Source: Candidatus Saccharimonadia bacterium (lineage in GTDB: Bacteria; Patescibacteriota; Saccharimonadia; Saccharimonadales; JALRHH01). From it: a stretch of DNA of 64,000 nt. A program made the translations under genes and the position numbers. Of this stretch, positions 56,196 through 64,000 are shown piece by piece. Position 1 is the first letter of the stretch; each line of letters opens with the position of its first letter. Below the pieces are notes generated by a model, which made no database searches, was not told where the DNA came from, and was given only the letters and a program-made list of their open reading frames with translations. The DNA is taken from NCBI GenBank assembly GCA_023253175.1, contig JALRHH010000002.1:256199-320198 (forward strand), written 5' to 3'.

Positions 56196-56265
56196 CGATC
56201 CCTAACTGAAATATTGACATTTTAGCGAAAAAATGCTAATGTTTTAGAAGGAAACTAAAACAAAC

Positions 56266-56871
56266 ATGTCAGAAACCTTAGTACCCGAACTGGTCGAAAT
56301 CTCTCGCGAAGCTCAAGACTCACAGGAGCCTGGCGCTGAACGTATTTCAACCGAGACTGCACGCATGGTTGGTGAAAGGGCTACAGAGGCATACTTCCAC
56401 GGCACGACCGCGCAGCTTGAAGTGGGAGACACGATACACCCAGGCGATTATGCAATTATTGATAAGGTTGGTAAGCGCAATGCTTCCGCCACGACCGTGG
56501 AGGCTGTAGCGTGGTCTTATGCAGAATCCAAAGAAACCGTTGGTGGGCCAAGGCCAAGAGTATACGAAGTTGTGCCCGCTGACGGCATGCCCGTGAAAAG
56601 GCTTGGGCCTCAGATGGGCGAGGTGAATAGTCCGGGGTTCAAGGTTGTGGATGTTGTGAATACGCAGCCTGGTCTGCAAGGAACTTTTCCTGAGGTCAAC
56701 TGGAGCCAGTATTCGCCGTATATTAGCGAAAACCACCCGAGGGACCCTCTATGGAAGCCGGAAGCGGAGGTGCTCCGCGAGCCGGAATCACCTGGCCAGC
56801 TAGCACTCGAAGGTCTCGAGGATAAACGACAATTCATGTCCGAGTCCGATAGAAATATTCCGCCAATGTAG
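56266..56871 (+). CDS. Arr-family (rifampin ADP-ribosyltransferase-like) protein
   Basis: YFHGTTAQLEVGDTIHPG, ATTVEAVAWSYAES, PRVYEVVP and FKVVDVV run collinear with the Arr blocks FYHGTKANLAIGD, AVWGAELA, YIYIVEP and LRIVGVV. Confidence 0.55.
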   Translation: MSETLVPELVEISREAQDSQEPGAERISTETARMVGERATEAYFHGTTAQLEVGDTIHPGDYAIIDKVGKRNASATTVEAVAWSYAESKETVGGPRPRVYEVVPADGMPVKRLGPQMGEVNSPGFKVVDVVNTQPGLQGTFPEVNWSQYSPYISENHPRDPLWKPEAEVLREPESPGQLALEGLEDKRQFMSESDRNIPPM

Positions 56872-56982
56872 GTGTAGTCTATTTTGTTTGCTTAACAGGG
56901 GCGAGTGTGGTAGAATCGTTGTAACGCCATCGCTGTTATTAGTATCTAGATAGCAGCAAACAATCTAAATTTAAGGAAATAC

Positions 56983-57246
56983 ATGATTTCAACAGACAAG
57001 AAAGCTAAGATCGTCGCTGATCTTCAGAAGGACAAGAAAGACACTGGTTCTCCAGAGGTACAGGTTGGTATTTTGACCGCTCGTATCCAGGAAATTACTG
57101 GTCACCTGCAGACTAACAAGCACGACCACATGGCTCGCCGTGGACTACTGCAAATGGTTGGTCAGCGTAAGCGCCTCCTCAAGTACATCGCTTCTAAGGA
57201 CGGTAAGGGTTACCTCGACCTTAAGAAGAAGCTCGGCATTCGCTAA
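56983..57246 (+). CDS. rpsO: 30S ribosomal protein S15
   Basis: 87 aa; GSPEVQVGILTARIQEITGHLQTNKHDHMARRGLLQMVGQRKRLLKY. Confidence 0.95.
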   Translation: MISTDKKAKIVADLQKDKKDTGSPEVQVGILTARIQEITGHLQTNKHDHMARRGLLQMVGQRKRLLKYIASKDGKGYLDLKKKLGIR

Positions 57247-57416
57247 TTTGCCCAGACTACTCCCGGATACGCTCCGGGACAAGCTTGTGCACATTTAACC
57301 AAAAAGTTTCGCTCCAGAGCCATAGATATACCCCTGCATGCACTTGCAGCACAAGGGCAGCCGTATATCCAACACCCTGTAGCGAAATCATTTGAAGAAA
57401 GGGTAAGGGATAATAC
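57247..57416 (+). promoter_or_regulatory. structured rpsO-pnp intergenic leader
   Basis: Hairpin TCCCGGA-tacgc-TCCGGGA (57261-57279). A long composite stem follows at 57306-57388: GTTTCGCT/AGCGAAAT, GATATAC/GTATATC, CTGCA/TGCAG. Confidence 0.5.
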
Positions 57417-59549
57417 ATGGGTTCAACCATTAATCCTTACGGAAAAGATATCATCAAAGTAGAGACCGAGTGGTGCGGACGCACGCTGTCACTCGAGGTA
57501 AACCGCGTTGGGTTCCGAACATCAGCATCTGTTATTGTGCGCTATGGTGACACCGTGGTACTTGGTACGGCTATGGTCGGCAAGACACCTGTTAGCATGG
57601 ATTATTTCCCATTGTCGATTGACTATGAAGAGAAGTTCTACGCAGCTGGCAAGATCAGCGGCAGCCGCTTTATTAAGCGCGAAGGTCGTCCATCTGACGA
57701 CGCAATCCTGATCGGCCGTCTCATTGATCGCCCAATTCGTCCGCTCTGGCCAAAAGGCTACCGCTACGAAGTACAGGGCGTCGCATCAGTGCTTTCAATG
57801 GATCCAGCCTTCCGCCCAGATATGGTTGCCATGGTTGCGACATCAGCAGCCTTGATGCTCACTGGCGCACCATACGAAGGTCCAGTTGCTGGTCTTCGCG
57901 TTGGCATCACTGAAACGGGTGAATACAAGGCATTTATGTCTGCCGAAGAACTCGATAAGAATGTGCTAGACCTTGTCGTTGCGGGTAACGCAAATGGCGT
58001 GATGATGGTAGAAGCAGGTGCAAATGAAGCGACCGAAGAACAGGTTGTGGGTGCACTTGAATGGGCTCAGGCAGCCATCCAGCCAGCAATCAAATTGCAG
58101 CAGCAGCTCGTAGAAAAAGTTGGTGTTACACCTCAAGAATATGAATTGGTGCTACCAAATGCCGATATTCAAACAGAAGTTGATGCATGGGTTGATGGCA
58201 AACTTGGCGCGCCGCTCCGTAAGGCATATCCAGAGCGAAACGAGCTCGTGAACGCAATGCGTGATGAGTTTGACGCTGCAATGGCAGAAAAGCTTGGTGA
58301 CGATTACCCAGATGTTAAAAATGATTACCACGAAGCCTTTACGATGGCGCTTCACAAGGATGTCCGGAAGGGCATTATCGCTGATGGTGTGCGTCCTGAT
58401 GGTCGTAAGCTTGACGAGATTCGTCCACTTTCAAGTGAAGTCGGTCTATTACCTCGTGCGCATGGTTCAAGCCTCTTTACCCGTGGTATGACCCAGGGCC
58501 TAAACATTGTGACGCTTGCGCCGCTGAGCTATGCACAGCTTGTCGACACTATGGAAAAGAATGTTGAACGCCGTTACATGCACCACTACAACGCACCTGG
58601 CTACACCGTCGGTGAGGTTCGTCGTCTTGGTTCACCTGGTCGCCGAGAAATCGGTCACGGTTACCTCGCAGAGCGCGCAATTACTGCCGTGCTTCCAACA
58701 GAAGCAGAGTTCCCATATACCATCCGTTCCGTAACTGAAATCATGAGCCAGAACGGATCGACCTCTATGGCTGCGACTTGTTCAAGTGTGCTTGCACTGA
58801 TGGACGCTGGTGTGCCGCTGAAGGCACCAGTTTCTGGTATCGCCATGGGTCTGATGATCGACGGTGATAAGCCATACGTACTCAGCGACATTGCCGATGC
58901 AGAAGACTTTGCGGGTGATATGGACTTTAAGGTAACCGGAACCAGCAAGGGTATTACTGCACTGCAAATGGATATGAAAGTTCACGGTCTGCCTGTTTCT
59001 GTGCTCAAGGTCGCGCTTGATCAGGGCAAGGAAGGCCGCGCGTACATTCTTGAACACATGCTTAGTACAATCGCCGAGCCTCGCACAGAGCTGAGCCCGT
59101 ACGCACCACGCGTTGAATCGATCACCATTAACCCAGACAAGATCCGTGAAGTGATCGGTAAGGGCGGTGAAACAATTCAAAAGATCGTGGCTGAGACTGG
59201 CGCTGAAATCGACATCAAGGATGACGGTACCGTGATGATCGCGTCACCCGATGGCAAGTCGATCGAGGCCGCCAAGCAGTGGATTCAATCTATCGTTGAA
59301 GAACCAGAAGTCGGCCGTATCTACGAGGACCGCCTAGTGGTCAGTGTTATGGACTTTGGTGCCTTCGTGCAGATCCTGCCAGGCAAGGACGGACTCGTAC
59401 ATGTCTCAGAGATGAGCGAAGAGCGCGTTGAAAAGCCGTCAGATATCGTGAAAGAAGGCGACAAAGTTACCGTAAAACTAGTAGCAATTGATGACCGCGG
59501 TCGGCTACAATTAAGTATGAAGGCAGCTCAACGAGAGCTAAACAAATAG
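57417..59549 (+). CDS. pnp: polyribonucleotide nucleotidyltransferase (PNPase)
   Basis: 710 aa; two RNase PH domains, a KH domain (GKGGETIQKI) and an S1 domain (GAFVQILPGKDGLVHVSE). Confidence 0.97.
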   Translation: MGSTINPYGKDIIKVETEWCGRTLSLEVNRVGFRTSASVIVRYGDTVVLGTAMVGKTPVSMDYFPLSIDYEEKFYAAGKISGSRFIKREGRPSDDAILIGRLIDRPIRPLWPKGYRYEVQGVASVLSMDPAFRPDMVAMVATSAALMLTGAPYEGPVAGLRVGITETGEYKAFMSAEELDKNVLDLVVAGNANGVMMVEAGANEATEEQVVGALEWAQAAIQPAIKLQQQLVEKVGVTPQEYELVLPNADIQTEVDAWVDGKLGAPLRKAYPERNELVNAMRDEFDAAMAEKLGDDYPDVKNDYHEAFTMALHKDVRKGIIADGVRPDGRKLDEIRPLSSEVGLLPRAHGSSLFTRGMTQGLNIVTLAPLSYAQLVDTMEKNVERRYMHHYNAPGYTVGEVRRLGSPGRREIGHGYLAERAITAVLPTEAEFPYTIRSVTEIMSQNGSTSMAATCSSVLALMDAGVPLKAPVSGIAMGLMIDGDKPYVLSDIADAEDFAGDMDFKVTGTSKGITALQMDMKVHGLPVSVLKVALDQGKEGRAYILEHMLSTIAEPRTELSPYAPRVESITINPDKIREVIGKGGETIQKIVAETGAEIDIKDDGTVMIASPDGKSIEAAKQWIQSIVEEPEVGRIYEDRLVVSVMDFGAFVQILPGKDGLVHVSEMSEERVEKPSDIVKEGDKVTVKLVAIDDRGRLQLSMKAAQRELNK

Positions 59550-59557
59550 TTAGCATC

Positions 59558-59761
59558 ATGGCAGTACAAAAACTCAAGTGGTATCGGACAAAACAAGGCT
59601 ACGCCGGACTTGCGCTACTTGAGTTTGTACTTGTGTACCTTTTCGCAAGCCTCGCGATTAACTCCGGCAGTTTACTGCAGTGGTTTTTAACCTTCGTATT
59701 ATTAATCGCAGGAGTTCAGAATATCGGTAAGCTCGCATTCGCACTTTGGAAGCATGAATAA
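59558..59761 (+). CDS. small membrane protein
   Basis: 67 aa with two TM segments; overlaps the next gene by 8 nt. Confidence 0.4.
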   Translation: MAVQKLKWYRTKQGYAGLALLEFVLVYLFASLAINSGSLLQWFLTFVLLIAGVQNIGKLAFALWKHE

Positions 59762-60347
59762 ACAGCAACTTCTTGATCAGATTAGGGCAGATATTATCTC
59801 AGACAATGTCTGTCCAGATTTGGCTAAGACAGCCAAGAACCTTGTAATCGGTGATGGTAACCCTGATGCTAACATCGTATTTATTGGTGAAGCACCAGGT
59901 AAAAACGAGGACGAGCAAGGTCTCCCATTCGTGGGAGCATCCGGTAAATTTCTCAATGAAATGCTTGCCAGTGTAGGTCTAGAGCGAAAAGACATTTTTA
60001 TTACGAATATCGTAAAGTATCGTCCGCCAAATAACCGCGATCCATTACCACAAGAAAAAAAGGACTTTCTGCCATATTTGCAGCGCCAGCTTGAAGTGAT
60101 TGCGCCCAAGGTTGTGATAACCCTTGGTCGTCATAGTACCAATTGCTTTTTGCCGGATCTGCAAATCAGTAAAGCCCACGGTGAACCGAAGCGCATAAAG
60201 CTCCAGTTCAAGGAAAATGATGATGTGCTCGAAGTCGTGATCCTGCCACTCTACCACCCAGCAGCAGCGCTGTATAACGGTGGTATGCGTCAGACATTAC
60301 TTGATGACTTCAGCGCCATTCCAGCAATCCTCAAGAAAATTAATTAA
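59754..60347 (+). CDS. uracil-DNA glycosylase, family 4
   Basis: FIGEAPGKNEDEQGLPFVGASGKFL and ITNIVKYRPPNNRDP; HPAAALY at the C-terminus. Confidence 0.85.
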   Translation: MNKQQLLDQIRADIISDNVCPDLAKTAKNLVIGDGNPDANIVFIGEAPGKNEDEQGLPFVGASGKFLNEMLASVGLERKDIFITNIVKYRPPNNRDPLPQEKKDFLPYLQRQLEVIAPKVVITLGRHSTNCFLPDLQISKAHGEPKRIKLQFKENDDVLEVVILPLYHPAAALYNGGMRQTLLDDFSAIPAILKKIN

Positions 60348-60374
60348 TATCAAATCTCACATAGAGAGGAATAT

Positions 60375-62441
60375 ATGAACCCAGAAAAAAAGAATAACCC
60401 AAAGGGAAATAGACCCCAAAAGGACAACAACCAGAATCAAAACGGCAACGCAGGCGGTAGCTCACGTGTTTCACGCGGTGCAGCAATTCGCGCACAGCGT
60501 CGAACCCAAGAAGACGCGCACCGTATCGCTAATCAGTACCTTGATGCGGCAAGTATGCAGAATGCAGAAGGCAAGCCTCGTGCTAACTTCATCGATGACA
60601 GCCCACGCCTCAAGGTCATTGGCCTCGGCGGTATGGACGGTGGTGGTTCAAAGAACACTATGCTTGTCGAATATATGAACGATGCAGTTATTATCGACTG
60701 CGGTAACGATCTTGGTGTTGATTTGCCGGGTATTAATTACGGTATCGCCGACATGACGTACCTTGAAAGCATCCGCCACAAGCTCCGCGGCTATGTGATT
60801 ACCCACGGACACCTTGATCACATTGGCGGCTTGCCGCACATCGTACCAAAATTCCCAGCGCCGATTTACGGATCACGCTTTACCATTGGCCGTGTTGAAG
60901 AAATCTTTGAAAACTTTGGCCTACCAATGCCAGAAGGCTTTGAGCTTCAGACTGTCATCATGAATGAAGATACCCACGAACGACTTAAGGTTGGCCAGTT
61001 CTTCGTCGAGCTCGTGCGCGTAACGCACTCGATCCCAGGATCTACCGTTGTCGTGCTCGATACGCCTGTCGGACGTATCATTAACACCGGTGACTTCCGT
61101 CTTGACCCGAACCCACTTGACCACGAACGTACCGATGTTGATCGCCTCAAGGAACTCGGGGACGAAGGTGTGCTCGCACTCTTTTCAGAAAGTACTACGA
61201 CAGAACGTATGGGAAGAACCCCATCAGAAAGCACAATCGAGCAGAGCTTTATTGATATCTTAGATCAAGCTCCTGGCCGTGTATTTGCCGGTCTCTTTAG
61301 TACCAACATGAACCGCGTGCAGATGATCGTAAACGCAGCCGTGCACCACAACCGTAAGGTTGCAATGGACGGACGAAGTATGGTTAGTACGCTTGAAATG
61401 GCTGTGCGTAACGGCTTCTTTAAGGTACCAAAGGGTACGTTTGTGCCAATTGCTAACGTGCCAAATATGAAGGACAACGAAGTTGTTGTTGTCTGTACGG
61501 GTAGTCAGGGTGAGCCTTCATCTGCGCTGCAGCGTATGTCATCGGGTGATCACCGCCACATCAAGCTCAAGGAGCAGGACACGGTTATCCTCAGCTCTTC
61601 ACCAATTCCAGAATCTGGTAACGATGCACTCATCGGTACGATGGTTGATGGTCTGATCCGAAAGGGTGTGCACGTATTCGAGCACCGAAACCACGAACTA
61701 GATGGTGTTGGTCCGCTGCACGTATCCGGTCACGCATCTCGTGATGAATATGCAGATATGATTAACTTCACGCGTCCACAGTTCTTTGTGCCGATTTACG
61801 GTGCGTACCGTTCAAAACAGCGTCACATTGATATCGCAATCGAGCAGGGAATTCCACGCAAGAATACCCTCAACGCTGATAATGGCCAGGTGATTGCCTT
61901 TACGCCAGAATCTATGGAAGTTGTTGGTGAAGTGCCGCATGGTACCGTGCTCGTTGATCAGACTGGCGCGATCGTCAGTAACGTCGTTATCAAGGACCGT
62001 TTGATGCTGGCGGAGGAAGGACTGGTTGCAGTTGTTCTGACCGTTGACAAGAAGTCAGGAAACCTCATGACAAGCCCAGACATTATTACCCGCGGCTTTA
62101 TCTACATCCGTGACTCAGAGGAGCTGATGAACTCCTTCCGTATTGAGCTGAAGCGGGCAGTGCAGCAGCGCTTCAAGCGCATTGATCTTGATCGCTTCAA
62201 GGCAGAGCTTAAGGATCACATTACGCACTTCCTATTCGAAAAGACTGGTCGCTCACCGATTGTTATCCCAGTTGTAAACGTCATTGGTGGCGGCGGAAAC
62301 GGCGGCAAGCAGGGCGATAAGAAGCAGCAGGGCGGCAAGCAGCAGCCAGAAAAGACCCCAGAACAGATTGCGGTTGATCAGCAGCAGCGCTTTGAGCAAA
62401 TGCGCGCCAAATTACTCGGCCAAGACGCCAGGACTGACTAA
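60375..62441 (+). CDS. rnj: ribonuclease J with low-complexity N- and C-terminal extensions
   Basis: Metallo-beta-lactamase HGHLDHIGG and a beta-CASP domain. The N-terminal ~75 aa are N/Q/K/R-rich; the C-terminus is GGGGNGGKQGDKKQQGGKQQ. Confidence 0.88.
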   Translation: MNPEKKNNPKGNRPQKDNNQNQNGNAGGSSRVSRGAAIRAQRRTQEDAHRIANQYLDAASMQNAEGKPRANFIDDSPRLKVIGLGGMDGGGSKNTMLVEYMNDAVIIDCGNDLGVDLPGINYGIADMTYLESIRHKLRGYVITHGHLDHIGGLPHIVPKFPAPIYGSRFTIGRVEEIFENFGLPMPEGFELQTVIMNEDTHERLKVGQFFVELVRVTHSIPGSTVVVLDTPVGRIINTGDFRLDPNPLDHERTDVDRLKELGDEGVLALFSESTTTERMGRTPSESTIEQSFIDILDQAPGRVFAGLFSTNMNRVQMIVNAAVHHNRKVAMDGRSMVSTLEMAVRNGFFKVPKGTFVPIANVPNMKDNEVVVVCTGSQGEPSSALQRMSSGDHRHIKLKEQDTVILSSSPIPESGNDALIGTMVDGLIRKGVHVFEHRNHELDGVGPLHVSGHASRDEYADMINFTRPQFFVPIYGAYRSKQRHIDIAIEQGIPRKNTLNADNGQVIAFTPESMEVVGEVPHGTVLVDQTGAIVSNVVIKDRLMLAEEGLVAVVLTVDKKSGNLMTSPDIITRGFIYIRDSEELMNSFRIELKRAVQQRFKRIDLDRFKAELKDHITHFLFEKTGRSPIVIPVVNVIGGGGNGGKQGDKKQQGGKQQPEKTPEQIAVDQQQRFEQMRAKLLGQDARTD

Positions 62442-62605
62442 CACAACAGGGCACGGCGTATCGCTGCGGCAGAAATTCCAGTACTCGTGCACCGTATTAT
62501 AAATACGGCTTACTCTGTGCTTCGTTTCTTTCTTGCACTACATCCATGACCTGTCGGTTTAGTTCATTCCTGATCCGCGCCGACTAGTTTGCTACAATAG
62601 TGACC

Positions 62606-63082
62606 ATGGATAAACTGACTTCAGACGTGATTCGTGCTCATAAAGGCATAAGTTTCGTCGGGGTTACTACTAGTTTCTTGTGTTACGACAGTGATGGTTA
62701 TTTCGTAATGGCAAAACGAGGCAAGCAGGCACGTGACGAGCAGGGGACCTGGGACCAAGGTGGTGGCGGCCTAAAGTGGGGGGTTACCGCAGAGGATAAT
62801 GTACGCAGAGAAGTCTTGGAAGAGTATGGTGCAACTGCCCGGCAGATAGATTTTATCGGCTACCGAGATGTGTTTCGAACATTGCCGGATGGAACAAAAA
62901 CACACTGGCTTTTACTTTCTTTTGCTGTGTTGGTAAACAGGGAAGAGGTGCGCAATAACGAGCCAGAGGTGTTGGATGAAATCGGTTGGTTTACTTTGGA
63001 CACATTGCCAACTCCGTTACATTCCCAGCAACTACCGCTATTCAAGCAGTATCCGGACGAACTTGCCCAGTTTATACGCTAG
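62606..63082 (+). CDS. NUDIX hydrolase
   Basis: Nudix box GGGLKWGVTAEDNVRREVLEEYGA. ATG 62606 lies 7 nt after TACAAT (62593-62598). Confidence 0.85.
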   Translation: MDKLTSDVIRAHKGISFVGVTTSFLCYDSDGYFVMAKRGKQARDEQGTWDQGGGGLKWGVTAEDNVRREVLEEYGATARQIDFIGYRDVFRTLPDGTKTHWLLLSFAVLVNREEVRNNEPEVLDEIGWFTLDTLPTPLHSQQLPLFKQYPDELAQFIR

Positions 63083-63160
63083 TCTTTGGAGCACGGTTTG
63101 TTTATATTTTGTTCGGCCTTAGCATTGACGCTCATGCTTATTTGTGCTAAAATATACAAC

Positions 63161-63439
63161 ATGGAACAGCAGCAGCCAGACGAACGATCACATCTTGATT
63201 ACCCAGAGCCACTTCGTGCTTCTATTGATACGCTTGTTGAACAGCTTGCGGACCGCGAAAGCCTGGATTCAGCCATGAGATGGGCTATGCTTAGGCAGAA
63301 AGAATTGTATGAAGAGAATCGCTGGAAGCGAGCAATGAATAAAGCGATTACCCCTCATGAAGAAGAAGAGCTCGAAGAAATTACCTCGACATTACTTAGT
63401 CTTCAACGCTTAAATGAAAAGTACAATCCGGATCAATAA
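63161..63439 (+). CDS. hypothetical acidic protein
   Basis: TTGACG (63125-63130), 17 nt, TAAAAT (63148-63153), then ATG 63161 seven nt later. The longer TTG-initiated track ORF would begin upstream of the promoter. Confidence 0.45.
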   Translation: MEQQQPDERSHLDYPEPLRASIDTLVEQLADRESLDSAMRWAMLRQKELYEENRWKRAMNKAITPHEEEELEEITSTLLSLQRLNEKYNPDQ

Positions 63440-63459
63440 CTGATATAATCGATAGCGAA

Positions 63460-64000
63460 ATGGCAAAGAAAAAACAAACCAGAAAAAAGAAACCAGCAAA
63501 GCAGGAGGTTCAAGAGCCTTCACTGTTTTGGGCAGTAACGTGGGGCGTTGTCCTTATCGTTTTATCTATTCTTTTACTGCTTGGCGGTTTTAACGATGGT
63601 GGTACTTTACCAAAAGCGCTCTATGATGGTGTCGCGAGTGCCTTTGGTTGGGTAGCATTTGTTGCCGCAATTGCGCTGCTGCACCTTGCGATCCGTAAGT
63701 TTATGGACGAAGAGAAGCGGCTTCCTAAACTAAAGACGCTGTTCTCGTTTCTATTTTTGGCATTTCTATCAGGACTGAGCTTTGTGCTCAGCGCCAAGAA
63801 AGATGAGTTAACGCAAGAATATACTACGGGCGGTGGTGGAAGTATTGGCGCGGCAGTCGGCGGCGCATCACTTGGTATGCTCGACGTCGTGCTCTCTACG
63901 ATTACACTTATTATCTTACTGTCTGTCACATTCTGTCTTGCAACGGGCGTGCCGCTGAAGTCACTACTGACCCCATTCAAGGCACTCTTTAAGAAGCGCG
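63460..64000 (+). CDS. ftsK: DNA translocase FtsK/SpoIIIE, N-terminal membrane domain (runs off the window; not in the ORF track)
   Basis: MAKKKQTRKKKPAKQ... followed by four hydrophobic segments. This is the typical FtsK N-terminus layout. The identification is positional and architectural only, because the motor domain lies outside the window. Confidence 0.5.
   Translation, partial: MAKKKQTRKKKPAKQEVQEPSLFWAVTWGVVLIVLSILLLLGGFNDGGTLPKALYDGVASAFGWVAFVAAIALLHLAIRKFMDEEKRLPKLKTLFSFLFLAFLSGLSFVLSAKKDELTQEYTTGGGGSIGAAVGGASLGMLDVVLSTITLIILLSVTFCLATGVPLKSLLTPFKALFKKR

Noticed and set aside
1-64000. Alternative genetic code (UGA or UAG reassignment, as in some CPR lineages)
   Set aside because: TGA (polA, the GC-rich minus-strand ORF), TAG (HIT, truB) and TAA all terminate well-conserved genes at the expected lengths. 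The single in-frame TAG in the GNAT-like gene is better explained as a mutation or error.
1-64000. CRISPR arrays, tRNA/rRNA genes, IS elements, prophage or DGR components
   Set aside because: I found no regularly spaced direct repeats and no T-loop or cloverleaf candidates in any intergenic gap over 70 nt. No ORF shows transposase, integrase, RT or capsid motifs. A proper tRNAscan/Infernal run would be needed to be definitive.

Overview
Gene-dense bacterial chromosome segment with short intergenic gaps and moderate GC. It uses the standard code: TGA, TAA and TAG each terminate clear homologs. Most of the window is housekeeping: valS, tsaD, a murE-type ligase, groES-groEL behind a CIRCE operator, argS, dnaG-rpoD, polA, mutM, holA, rpsT, truB, rpsO-pnp, RNase J and the 5' end of ftsK. 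Small-genome accessory genes are interspersed: HIT, LOG, PGI/PMI, PIG-L, a CarS-like gene, a GGPP-synthase-like gene, mscL, msrB, Nudix, HAD, and many short hypothetical proteins. The gene content and style suggest a reduced-genome Patescibacteria/CPR organism, possibly Saccharibacteria-like. That is inference only. I found no rRNA, tRNA, CRISPR array, transposase, integrase or reverse transcriptase. The ORF track omits two edge-truncated genes, which I added: 1..867 on the minus strand and 63460..64000 on the plus strand. The most unusual region is a roughly 3.5 kb accessory island (12961-16469) between an amidinotransferase-family gene and groESL. It holds two small, convergent, GC3-rich (foreign-looking) genes, each followed by a long GC-rich hairpin. 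These bracket a native-composition, translationally coupled operon encoding a kinase-fold protein (APH/ELK type) and an upstream, catalytically dead, C-lobe-only paralog. The island is also unusually rich in structured non-coding DNA. Other notable points: (1) two copies of a ~75-nt double-hairpin element with compensatory substitutions flank a two-gene module, and one copy sits beside a duplicated gene 3' end; (2) there is a pervasive leaderless-mRNA architecture, with a -10 hexamer 6-9 nt upstream of the start codon for about 20 genes; (3) a GNAT-like gene is split by an in-frame TAG; (4) an Arr-like ADP-ribosyltransferase homolog is present; (5) archaeal-type lipid genes are present; (6) Lys/Ala-rich tails are fused to S20 and MscL.
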